Positions 1 to 11,331 of a stretch of 64,000 nt of DNA are shown piece by piece (within the stretch, counting starts at the first letter, position 1; each line of letters starts with the position of its first letter). Source of the DNA: Ophelia neglecta (lineage: Eukaryota); assembly GCA_965285935.1 (NCBI GenBank), contig OZ260663.1, positions 79,608,001 through 79,672,000 on the forward strand, written 5' to 3'. Both the position numbers and the translations under genes were made by a program. The notes beneath the pieces were generated by a model. That model ran no database searches. It saw nothing but the letters and a program-made list of their open reading frames with translations, and was not told where the DNA came from.

Positions 1-337
1 AATTCAGCATCCTATGCTTTTTTTGCCACATATCTATATGTTTTCTCTTATGAGTTTTCCAATGCAAGAAATTGTCATCTGCATTTAGATATTAATATAT
101 ACTATTAATTTGTTGTCGTTTGCCAACACATAATCAGATATAATGTTTAAAGAGTCTGTATCCTCTATTAGAACTAAAACTCAAATTTAACTAAAAGATA
201 TTAAGATATATGTTTCTATAATAGCCTTCGAACAGGTGACTAATGTTTATTTGCTGTTAGCTTTGAGGGTTTTTACCTGATTTAATAGATCATTCTTGGT
301 TACCTGTCCATGCCTGTCGGTCATTAACTCTCTTTAT

Positions 338-381
338 TTCAATATACCAGCCTGTTGCTTCAATATGCCAGCCTAGTGCTT
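338..381. repeat. Two tandem ~21-bp copies
   Basis: ttcaatataccagcctgttgc followed by ttcaatatgccagcctagtgc. Confidence 0.7.
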
Positions 382-819
382 AATAATCATTATGTTTGTC
401 ATATTGACCAAAACAGAATTCGGAGAAAGGGTGTTGCTTGACAGCTTAAAGTCATGTATCTTATTTTAGTATGGTGGTTTTTTACTTTGATTATCAGGTC
501 ATGGATACAAGTATGATAATTCGAGCTGGAGCTACGTGACAGAAGGCATGTCTGCAGCATAAAGTAGTTTCGTTGGAGCGGTGATACCTGACTTAACCCA
601 GTCGGTACAATGGTGTACGTAATTGTATGTAATAAGATTTGGACCGACCCCATTAGAGCCTTTTAACAAGCCCAGAGTGTCCTAGCCATGTAGTAGGTAT
701 TTTTAAGAGTAGGTGATGCCTATGTCCGATAGCGTTTGATTTATACAACAGTTGTTCTTTCATTGTTCAGACCATTTTCTTGTCTAGTATCTGATCAAAT
801 TGTTAGTTTGATATTAGTC

Positions 820-970
820 CCCGTAACCGTACATCCATACATTGTCCAATACATTGATAACGAATTGCCCGATGAACTCACTTCTCGTATCCATTGTCGT
901 GTTTTGTGCTTGACCGGCTACCCATCGAGATTGAAATACAGGGATCGCCTTGCTTTGAGGCATACTACTT
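820..970 (+). mobile_element. Possible highly decayed CR1-type LINE RT relic
   Basis: YIDNELPDELTS resembles the RT YINDLPD segment and LKYRDRLAL resembles the CR1 LSYEERL segment. Weak. Confidence 0.3.
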
Positions 971-2987
971 TTAATGTCACTGCTATTTTATCAAATATAC
1001 GATACATTTCTATCTACCTATGCAAGGTATATCTATCAGTTATCAATATAGACAACATTACACTACTGGCAGCTGAGTTCGTATACTAATTATGGGAGTC
1101 ACTCAGCTAGACAAAACGAAAAATACCAGACGTAGCTTTCTTTATTCAAATTTACAATTCTATAGAGCTTTACTATATAATATGTCTTTATGACAATTTA
1201 ATATTATAAACATTAATGTGAAAAAGAATGATATGAAGATTCAAATTCAGATTAAGATATTATTTATTCAGACATATAGCAGGAAATCATAATTTCGAAG
1301 GATCTATAAAACAGGCAACTTCACGGGATCATATCAACATGGCCATCTTAAGTTTTTCTGTGGCAGTCAATATCTTATTTTGGAACCATATTATGTTATA
1401 CTTAGAGATGCCTGCCCGTGGCCTTGTCTGTTCATTTCATTGTTCCAAAGTGTGGTGTGTGTCTGCATTTGGAGAAATGTGCTTAAAGTTAAGGCAATAA
1501 TGTGACATGTTTACCGTCAACTCATAAGTATAGAATGTGGTGTGCATATTCTAACTTTCTCAGTTTTTTTACATGTTATAACGACCTTAAATAATTAGTT
1601 GCAAATAAAGAAAATTATAGTAAATTGTAACATGTTTGTCATAGTTAGCGAGACAAAGAGTCTGCGAAGTAAATAAAAAATAAGGACAATGACAAAGATA
1701 AAACTATAGGAATCCCTTTACATTTGCACATAATGCGATAAGACTCCGCTGGCCTACTCAATCCGACTCTGCGCCATTATTAGGATCAGCCCGAGAGCAG
1801 TCCAGATAGCAAAAAGCACCTTTACGTCCTCAACGTCTAATACATTAACATATATTACGCGTAACGCATTCGGACTCTAAAGGCAACCAGTACACCTCGG
1901 ACCTCCTACTGGTTTCTCGTAAAGATGGCTTGATCGATTGGGTCAATGGTCCAATATTTCAAACGGTGTATAGACTACTCGTGGGTTTTGGGTTGTTAGG
2001 TTTGTCGAAGTTCACTTTTTAAAGACCGTATATCCACAAATAATGATATAAATGTTAATAAACTAATAATAGTATTGAAATAAAAATACTTTTCTAAAAA
2101 ATGTTACACAATCATGCTAGTAATGTGCCATGCTTAGAAAAACACACATTAATCATATGACATATGCTGGGGTTAGTAAAAGTAAAGATGAAAACAGCAT
2201 TTTGGAAACAACTTGCACAATAAACCGCAGTTAACGATACTGCGGTAACTGCCTGTTGCTTGTTTATTGCTAAAGCTGTACACTTTTGGGAATAAACACA
2301 CTGCAAAGCCCGATATCTCTATATACTTTCTTTCGTTCCACATAGTTTTTAATGGTTATAGTTTCGATTTATACCAAGTTTAGCCTAATATCTTCATAGA
2401 GTTGAAGAGCTTATATTTGCCCGAGTTCCAATAGCTTACAAACGTTGTACTGCTCTTAGTCATAAACGTACAATACTTACCATGACATTTTGTGGCACGC
2501 TATGTACACTGTATGGGAAAAAATGCATCAAGTACGTTTCAAATGTTGTGTAAACACGTGCTGAAGAGTTAATAATATTCATAGGTGAAACCCCCACATT
2601 ATTGTTGAGATACTTCGGGAGATGCAATTGACATGAAAATTATAGGAAATACAGATGAAAACTATGAAACATCTTAGCAGAGTTAGTTTTTTGAAATTTG
2701 AAATGTAAATAATTCAATTTTTCTGGTAAAGTTTTCAAATTAAAGATTCCTTATATTGGCAAGGTGTGTGGAATGATTTCTTCTGACATTCATGGTTTCT
2801 TTTATCCACTAAAATTTCTTATACTTGGCCTGACGGGCTACAATAACACAGGGTTCCAATGCACTAAACACAGAGAAGCTGTAGTGTCAGCTGTTATCGT
2901 TCATTATAATGCAGCCATGCCTCTTTACTCTAAGGGCTCTCTCCAAGTGTCCCGACTGCAAAACATGTTGGTGATCAATGGACAGTG

Positions 2988-3968
2988 TCAAGCAGAGTAT
3001 ACCACACTGCTAGTATTATACCCACCGGTCACAGGCTGTTCAGCCACGGGCGTTGCAATACCAAAACCCGCAATGAAAGCGTTGATTATAAACACTAAGT
3101 ACAACAAATAATTAATAACATGTTGCCAAAAACTCACGGATTTCAACACACGGTTTTTTCGTATGGCGTCTGTGTATTGGAACAGAATTTGCCCTTGTTC
3201 TCTTATGACTTTTTCTTTTACAAAGAATTTTTCCATACTTTTGGCCTTTTCCTTTTCTTCTGCAATTTGGTCTTGAAGGTTTTTCAGTTTTATACCGATT
3301 TCATTTTTCCTTGTCTCTGAGGATTCTGATTTTAGCTCGGCTTCTAAAGTTTTCACATCCAGCTTGGCAGTGTCTATCCTTAGTCGTATCCGAGAAAGCT
3401 CCTGTTGATATTGGACTATCGAAAGCTGGCTCCTCACAGACTGTTCACACCAGACGTCATATCTGTCTAAAATGTCATATTCATACGCAGGGTGCGTACG
3501 CTTGGTAACAAAGCAGGGACATTTTGGACAACAACCAGGTTCACCTTCGCCGAATTCCGCTTCGTTGTCCAAAACAACATTATCTGCTGCCAGCATGTTC
3601 CATTTCCCTAAATCTAAACCAAATTCGTTTTCTCGAATGAGTTTCTTTATTCGTTTTTCTCGCTTCACCCGACTTCTGCTTAGGCAATGGAAACCACAAA
3701 CATGCTCAAAAAATTCCTTGCACAGTTCGTCACGGTACTGGTCATAGTACTGACGGATATTAACTATAACAAGAGTGGTCAGCCCAATGATAAACTGGAG
3801 TACCAGTGCAATGGATATCAAACTAAGACTGACATGGTAGTACCGTGAAGAGTTCCCTCTATCGATTACTTCCTTCAGCAAGGTTATATGAACTATTGAC
3901 ATGGCTGTAGTTGCTGTAAACTGGGCCTTGTCTTTGGACGCTGCCAAAGTTGCCTTCTTTTGTTCTAC
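2988..3968 (-). CDS. NINJ: Ninjurin-family membrane protein with a long insertion between TM1 and TM2; coding exon 2 (last, 981 nt including stop)
   Basis: Ungapped by-eye match to human NINJ1. LLKEVIDRGNSSRYYHVSLSLISIALVLQFIIG matches QLKAVVEQGPSFAFYVPLVVLISISLVLQIGVG, and FWQHVINYLLYLVFIINAFIAGFGIATP matches FLNNLATGLVFIIVVVNIFITAFGVQKP. Acceptor ttcttcaaccaacctgttag|GTAGAA puts the exon start at 3968, in frame with the ORF-track ORF, whose TTG start at 3947 is not the true start. The symbol is family-level only; orthology is unresolved. Confidence 0.9.
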   Translation of the reverse strand, partial: VEQKKATLAASKDKAQFTATTAMSIVHITLLKEVIDRGNSSRYYHVSLSLISIALVLQFIIGLTTLVIVNIRQYYDQYRDELCKEFFEHVCGFHCLSRSRVKREKRIKKLIRENEFGLDLGKWNMLAADNVVLDNEAEFGEGEPGCCPKCPCFVTKRTHPAYEYDILDRYDVWCEQSVRSQLSIVQYQQELSRIRLRIDTAKLDVKTLEAELKSESSETRKNEIGIKLKNLQDQIAEEKEKAKSMEKFFVKEKVIREQGQILFQYTDAIRKNRVLKSVSFWQHVINYLLYLVFIINAFIAGFGIATPVAEQPVTGGYNTSSVVYSA

Positions 3969-4081
3969 CTAACAGGTTGGTTGAAGAACAAAATTATAAA
4001 TAAACATATATAAAATAAGTATTTTACAATTATTGGTTATATCAAATGAATATGCACATGGTAAAGTCAAAATTAACATAC
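3969..4081 (-). other. 113-nt GT-AG intron (phase 0) of the ninjurin-family gene
   Basis: GTATGT donor, AT-rich body, pyrimidine tract and TAG acceptor; reading frame is preserved across it. Confidence 0.8.
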
Positions 4082-4135
4082 CTCCTTAACGGCCAGCTCC
4101 CCAGACAATATGACGTTGTTTTCGGTGTTGTCCAT
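4082..4135 (-). CDS. NINJ: Ninjurin-family gene, coding exon 1 (MDNTENNVILSGELAVKE)
   Basis: ATG at 4135, 18 open codons, then donor GAG|GTATGT at 4081. The phase-0 join to exon 2 gives a 344-aa protein. Confidence 0.8.
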
Positions 4136-4198
4136 GCTAATATAAAGGTTATCCATAAGTTTTGTCAGCTCCTCTGTTATTCAGGATATCTAATGTAG
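4136..4198 (-). other. 5'UTR part of the ATG exon, preceded by a splice acceptor
   Basis: Minus strand reads tcatttcattctccgatttcag|CTACATT, with the AG at 4200-4199. This implies at least one further upstream non-coding exon. Confidence 0.55.
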
Positions 4199-5267
4199 CT
4201 GAAATCGGAGAATGAAATGAATTACAGTGCTACTAACAGTCACGTTGGTAGACAAATATAATCAATAGCGGCACATTTTATATGGTTGCTTCTATAATAA
4301 AAGTTACATGCTTAATTTTATGTTTGTAGCTAAATAGGCTTTCAACCTAACGTCGCTTTTCTAAAAAAAAAGCATTGGTTAAATTTTGCATTCAATTCAA
4401 TATCTGCAGACATTGGTTAAAGCACATTTTATCTACCGGACAAGTGATTAATTTCTTAGCATTCGTGCAGTTGTTTCAATTCTCGCTCACAATTGTCCAC
4501 CCTTTTCGACGACTGGTTTATAAACTAACCCTCATTCACAGCCGAAGTCTGCCCTTCACAGGTGATAAGTTTTAACGTACCGCCAAGTCGTCAACCGGCA
4601 CATTCAATGGATATATAGGCAGCCTTTTTTCCTTGGTTTATTCTTTACTTCTTTGCGGTTCCGATTACTTTTTCCTTATGTTTTACATCAAATATCCCTG
4701 CGTATTATTAGTCGCAAAATGTCCTAAATGCCACGTTGTTACGTGACAAGCTGCACATGGCTGTACAGTGGCGGATATAACGGTATGTATCAGGTTAGCG
4801 CGATATAGGTTATAGCCTATTCCGTCCCCTCATGTCTTAAGGTCATGTATAGGTATTAAGCCAGTCAAGTACTGAATGTTTTATTCGCATTTGGCGTCCT
4901 TGGCTAAACACACTAACGGAGCTGTTTTACCGGCGTGTCAATATTATTGAACGTTAACTGAATTCCTGAGATTATTGTCCTGCTTTATGGACGGCACATG
5001 TAACTTGTTAAATTACGCATTTCTTAACATTTTTACCTTATAAAATAATGGGCGATATTAGCCTAAGTATGATTATTCAGTACCGCCACCAATGCAAAGA
5101 TAATCAATGGCGATATTTTGGATGAGCATTAGCGAATATGTCATAGCCTCAAATATAATCCTGCTCTGATCGATATCCCTATACTAGGCATCCTGTCCAT
5201 GGTCAAATAATCCCTACTTTTAATGAGCGCAAATAGTTCATAACTGAAAACAGAGTCTGGAAATGAA

Positions 5268-5280
5268 TTACTCACTAAAT
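5268..5280 (-). other. Candidate donor of an upstream non-coding exon (exon would end at 5276)
   Basis: Minus strand TTTAG|GTGAGTAA is a consensus-perfect donor ~1.1 kb upstream of the 4198 acceptor. No transcript evidence. Confidence 0.35.
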
Positions 5281-7317
5281 TCTTGGTTCATATTTACGTA
5301 GTACTTTTAAACACAGACATGCACATTATATGTGCTTTGCTGCATTGTGCGTTTACCAGATGCGAATGTTACCAGAAAGGAAGATGCGGCATTTGTCAAC
5401 TTTTGCCCGCCTAGCTTTCCAGCGTTTTCTGAATGGAGGGGCAGAACGGATCCGTTTAATGGGCATAAATGTGGCACTGGTCATGCTTATTTAGTCATTT
5501 GAACTTTTCCGGATCTCGGCAGTCATGTGCATAACGTGATTACAAAATTACATATCTATATACATGTATACATATATTTAGAATATCAATATACAGTGCC
5601 CTTCCGGTTATCCTAACTCTAGGTGGGAGAGAGAATTAGTTCGTTTAATCGCGAGGTCGGAAAAACAAGAGAATTAATGGCCTTCCATCCTATAAAATGA
5701 TATTGTTTATTCATGACAAATTGTTAAAAATAATAACATTGGCGTATTATGCATGTACCAAATAGGTACTTTGACATTTTATAAGTCATGACTGAAATAG
5801 GGTCACAACGTACAGCAGATAATTTTACAATAAAGTTGCCATTACTTGCAGTCACACATAGCGTCCTCTGTGTCTCCTTGTCCGAAATCTAGTCTAGCCG
5901 CATATAAGGACGCCCCCGGGTGTAAGTAGGCGTAAATACAAGACTGTCCTGGGTCATGACATACACAGAGCAAATCGGGATCTTCACATTTTACGGCCTT
6001 TATAATCATGCTATGTTGAATCAACAAGTAAATGTGTTGCGCGTATTTTAAGCGGCCCTTTCATGCAACACCAGCAATGTAGTGGCTTGAAAGATACACA
6101 ATCAAACGTATTAATAACTAAAACAGGTGTATCCCTCGATACGCCGATTTAGTTTTTTTCATAATAAATCTTGGAATTGTACTAAAAGTCTCATCTTATT
6201 ACATGTGGACTTCAAATAATATACAAAAATTAAATGCGTGTACTTATTTTCTGTAAATTCAAACAAAATGTAGTTTTCATAAATATTTATTTAACAAGGA
6301 AGTAGCGTGCTAACTGGACACTGTATGATAGTTCATTATTCTAGAAGTATCTATGTATATATAAAGCACCATTCAAACTTGCACTGCTGTGAATTTGTTG
6401 TCGCAAAATTCATGTTTCATGTCAAAGGCACAAGCTTGGGTTGTGTCTTTCAATTTCTGTTCTTTTTTATTAATCGAGTAAGGTCTGATGATTGTGCTCT
6501 TATTTCGCGATAATGTAGTCTGTTAGCTGGCCTTCGAATTATTGACCCATAGCCGGACGACTACGAAAAAACATGGTCAAAACACATTCCAAAGCTGTCA
6601 AGAATGGCGATCGTAAATCATTGCATCTTGATTCGGGTAGGCCATACTTGGATGTGTTTCGACACGAAATTCTTTGTTCATATCATGCTTATTTTATGCA
6701 CACCGAAAGCTGGGAAAAACCCTCTTTTATCTCAACGGCCAGTTTTGGCAAGGCTTTCCTGTACGGTGACTGCCAAGGAAGCCTATGCCAAACTTATTGC
6801 TATCCCAAGCCCTCTCTTATGATATATAATTAAATACAAACTATTTCGGGAACGTGCTGAAATGTCGAGCAACTAACCGTTAGGTCCCCCGACTGCAAAT
6901 ATCTTGATAAAGGTCCGTTCGCTTCGTTCAACCTGTTTCTCCTTACAGAAGATTACCCAAACTGTTGTTTGATTGTGTACATGTATAGTGAATTTATGTC
7001 TATTCATCATATAATGAATAACATTTCAAATGCAACAAATGATAAGATCACATAACAATAAAAATAAAGACGGCAAACCAAAACGGAGATACTTTTATAA
7101 CCAAGTCAAACTAAATTATGTGATATCGCACAGCAGTTAGGAATAGAGCCCAAGTAAATAAATTTGTTGAAGCCCAACATATACTGACAAGTCACAGACA
7201 TTAACAGTAAAAAAACACAAGGATATAGCAGCGACAATATTTTTTTTTTTTTACAAACCTAATTGTCAATTTTTTTTCCAAATAAATGCAAGAATTGTTT
7301 TTTCAAAGACCTTCTCA

Positions 7318-7406
7318 CCTCCCCCCACCCCAACCCCTCCCGCCACACACCCCACACCAACCCCTCCCGCCACACACCCCACCCCCTACCCCTCACCTCA
7401 CCCCCA
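7318..7406. repeat. C-rich low-complexity tract with a duplicated ccaacccctcccgccacacacccc unit (G-quadruplex potential on the minus strand)
   Basis: Many C3+ runs, and the ~27-bp unit is present twice. Confidence 0.8.
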
Positions 7407-8734
7407 TAACAGCTAACTAGGTGACATTTTATATTCCTTTTTTGTCAATGTCCATGTGTGTACTTCTCAATCTAAGTTAAAAGTAGTTTAGGCTGTAGAT
7501 GGTCTTGTTTCTAAAGGTAGCATTAAACCCACGAGTTACTACTTCATGTAGCACTTTATGTAAACAATATGAATATTAGTAGTGATCATCATCGCCTGTC
7601 AGAGGGATATGGAATTACTGAACATGTTACACTATCCGATCAGTGATCTAATACTTAAAAGTTTAATGTACAATGTCACAAGCCCCTTTCTAAAATAAAA
7701 TCCTCGACGTTGTCTGCAGTACATGCCAAAGAAGCACGGTCAGAGAGAAAACACACTTATTAATTAAACAATAATATCTTGGGTGCTCCAGTAACTTCCC
7801 CATTGTCGATGGATTGTTCAGAAGAGATAAATATTATCAAGCTGTTATCGAACATTAATTAATGGAATAGGAACTTACACGTTCGATTTTTAGAAATCAT
7901 GAAACAAAAAGCCCCTCGAATTGATTTACTAGTATTTAAAAATAATAATGTTTTATTTAGATTGTATACGATTTAAAACAATACATGGCCACGAGAGATA
8001 TTTACATTGCAAAACAAACCCCTTTGTCTGAAAAAGGATTACAGCCAGGATCGTATCTGGTTTTTATAAAAATTTAATAATTATTTTAATTAAGATATTT
8101 ATTAAACTTTTAATTTAATATATAGTAGAACTTGGGGTAACATCCACACCAGCATTGTTTTGGTGGCAATGGGTTTCGTTATTTGGCAGCTAGGAAAAAC
8201 AACTGGTTAAATTATCTTGTCCGAGAAAATTGGACACATTTTATGACGCACACGGTGTCGAAGTGGGAACATGACAAAAACTCAATATAAGCTATTCTCA
8301 AAAACATCGAGGCATTGCTGTTATGCTCGTTTTAAACTGCATGAATAATAAATATGTAAACAAGTTAAAATGGATGTAATATGCGATGTTAATATTCTGC
8401 CCTGGACATTTTTCGTTTACAAAAAAAAAATCCCAAGCCCAGGAATGGTATTTGTGTTTAAGTAGTGTTGTTTGTTTTTCAGGTGGGTAATCCTAAGTCT
8501 CAGTGCGAAGTAGTAACACAGAAATTCAAGTAACATAGCAGGTTTTAAGTAAGTACACTATGTTCCATGTTTGAGTATCTGAGCAATCCATTACTACTCT
8601 AAGTAACTTCATGGTAAGTTATTCACATGCCTAGCAGGAAGATCCAAGGCAGGATGGATAAGCACAGTGCATGGAAAAGCCATTTTGATACCATGTCCGA
8701 CATCCTGCGTCTTTTTCTCATTACCAATTATCAT

Positions 8735-10352
8735 TATGTATTCACGGAGCGTGCCTGCCGCCCTTCGCGAGTCTGGTTCACGGATGATTTACACGCTGCA
8801 AAAGCATGTTTCACATGGTTTCTTGACTCGGTACCTACATAGATTGTCAACAACAACAAAAAAACGCTTGCTGTATTGACGAGAAGAGCACTTATATTCC
8901 TCTGCTTTTTGACATAGGCGCTTCCTTTGGCACCACTGACCATGCCCTCTGCTGGACACAATGGACACTCTGGCGGGTGTCAAGGGTGTCCCGCCGGGTT
9001 GGTTTCGATTCCACCTCACAGACGGCCGGTATGCTGTTAGAATCGAGTTGCCCTATCCGATTTGGTTCATCCTCCATAGGGTGCCTCGGGTATCCGTCCT
9101 CGGTACCAAAACGTGGCCGAGTGGTTAGGGTGTCCGCCTCGCAAGTAGGAGATCGGGGTTCGCCTCTCGATCGCGTCAAACCTAAGACGTAAAAATAGGT
9201 ACTGATAGCTCCCCTGCCAGGCGCCCGGTATATCGGGGGTCGGGTCAGGACTGGTCAACCCGGTGTCAGTATAATTTGACTGGGTGGGGTTCCCTGTCTG
9301 GTGTCTACGACAGGTACTCCAGTGAGGCAGCACTCTAAAGAGGGCATAGAGCCCACTGTCACAAGTAGGCACTGTGGCGATATGACCGATAAGTGTTGAA
9401 AGCCCCGTAAAAAGCCCAAAAAACAACAACCTAAGAGAGATAGGTAGATATGCTACCCCTACGGCTCATCATACGATACCTTGGGTTTAACCTTCATATA
9501 TCTATGCAGATGACAGCCAGATACACATGGCTTTAAGGATGTGTCTCCCGAATCTAATGGCATAGTATCTCACCTTTGAAAGTTGATTGGTTGCTGCCCA
9601 TGGATGACCCAAACCTTTCTGAAACTTAACTCTGACGAGACAGAGATCGTGGTCTTGGGGGTAATTTCAACTTACCTAAATGCAATATCCCTTTCAATGC
9701 GAGTGGAATACACGATGTTTCTTGCTCAAACAAAGCCAGACTGTAATCTGGGAGTTATGTTAGGCAATTTTCTCACACTCGAGGTGTTGATGTGCTTAAG
9801 TCCACCACAATACTACTTTCGCAACATCTCGCGTATCTGGAAGTGTTTTTTTTTCCAGAAGGAGATAACACATAATATCTTCTCTGCACGAGCTGTATTG
9901 GCTCCCTATCGCTTTTCGAATCGCGTACCAGACTCCTCTTCTGCCATTCAAGGCTCTGTACATAAGGCCTGTCTCCACTGTTCATTACAGAACTTATTGG
10001 AATTTACTTATCTTTAAGCTTACTTCGGTCAAAGTCACAGAGCTCTCTCTATATACTGAATTGGCTCTGGAACTCGCTGCCAAACTGTCTGATATATAGA
10101 GGGACAGTTGAAGTCTTTTAATCAAGGCTTAAGACCAAATATTTCAAGTTCGCTTTTAATTGCTTGTTGGATGGAGATGAATGTGTGCAACTATATGTTT
10201 TAGTTCAACCTATAAGTATTTTATGTAGTATGTTCATTCTATTCCGTCTTAAGTGAGGTTTGTATATGTCAGTTGTTTTCTCTTTTTTTATTGTAAAGCG
10301 CCATTGAACTGACTTACGAGGAAAGGAGCGCTCTGTAAGGTTTATTATTTAT
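8735..10352 (+). mobile_element. Degraded L2-clade LINE (3' part of ORF2 plus 3' tail), interrupted by a SINE
   Basis: Collinear frameshifted motifs: WFTDDLHAAK, FDIGASFGTTDH (DLSAAFDTIDH), GWFRFHLTD, VPRVSVLG (GVPQGSVLG), YADDSQI at 9503, WMTQTFLKLNSDETE, NLGV, FRNISRI, LHELYWLPIAFRI and WNSLP. An L2-type 3' end tgtaaagcgc...agcgctctgtaa...tattattta lies at ~10292-10352. Confidence 0.9.
9112..9430 (+). mobile_element. Full-length tRNA-derived SINE, probably Meta-SINE superfamily
   Basis: A box TGGCCGAGTGG (9114) and B box GGTTCGCCTCT (9157). The central GGACTGGTCAACCCGGTGTCAGTATAATTTGACTGGGTGGGG (9248-9289) resembles the Meta domain as I recall it. A/CAA tail present; no clear TSD. Confidence 0.85.
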
Positions 10353-11140
10353 ATCATATCACTATCATTGAAAAGAGTTTAAATAAAACCAAGAATTTGT
10401 TAGTTTTATTCTTTGTGAAACAAAAAAGGGCATCTGCAGATTATATACCATAATAAAATACATAATCGAATAGATGGATAACCATCTGTTGCCAATATAT
10501 TGATCCATTACATCACATTAGAATGGAGCCGTTATATAATTATACCGATTAAAAGAAAATAGGAAGCGTGCTGTGAGAGGTTTCAAGTTAGTCTAATAGC
10601 TGCGACAGATAGCCATTACCGGCTGACGATATACGCGATTTTATAAGACATCCTGACACTGTGGTGATTCATTTCATGGGTAATAGACATCGCGGCTCTG
10701 GTTGATTTCCAAGATTTCATTCAGATGGGTTAACAGGTCATAGAATGGCTACTTTTTCATCCAGGCATATTAATGCTGTCTGGTAGCACATCTTGATGTG
10801 TGACTACTTGGAAGGATTATAGCAAACAGCGACAATTTGACCAGATAAGTCTTAAAGATGAAAAACGAGTAATGCCTGATCTGCGTTGGTATGCGGTCAG
10901 CTGTGGCGGCGGAGATTAAATCTTACATTAGCTTTATATAATTCAAGTCGATATTATCAAAATATTATGCAATATGTCCTCGATGAATGCGCTAACGTTA
11001 TTCATCCGTCGTCTCTCAGACTAAAAGGAAAGGATTTCGCTTTGAAGATAATCTTCAGGGCGGCTTTGTATGAAGGAATATCTGGCAATTGATCCAAATA
11101 TGTTTTGTTTTAATAAGTATCTGGTAACGAGGCTACTCTC

Positions 11141-11331
11141 AGAGGATTCAAACAATTTAATTAAGACTGTATTCTATGATGTTTAATTTGTGGTTTCAGG
11201 AGCATCAACGTCTAAATCACCGCCAGCAGCTGTGAATGCTGAGGCCAATGGTGCACTGGAAAATGGAACTTCACCTAGCACGACTCCCACAGGAAGTAGT
11301 ATGCCTCCCATTCAGGCCAGCCCCACTGGAC
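11141..11331 (+). other. 191-bp insertion (intron end plus exon-like fragment) flanked by an 8-bp direct repeat
   Basis: CTACTCTC at 11133-11140 and 11332-11339. Absent at the homologous site of copy B (~18005). Contains ttgtggtttcag| followed by the open frame ASTSKSPPAAVNAEANGALENGTSPSTTPTGSSMPPIQASPTG. Confidence 0.7.

Noticed and set aside
2764-3747. Four plus-strand ORFs overlapping the ninjurin exon
   Set aside because: Antisense shadows of the real CDS; no recognisable protein features.
7792-7805. 14-mer TAACTTCCCCATTG also at ~26866
   Set aside because: Not collinear with the duplication, and a few such matches are expected by chance in AT-rich 64 kb.
9112-9180. tRNA gene
   Set aside because: Has A/B boxes but no proper cloverleaf or terminator, and continues into a SINE body and tail.
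8627-10017. Dense cluster of ORFs on both strands
   Set aside because: Explained by the GC-richer L2 and SINE relics; not host genes.
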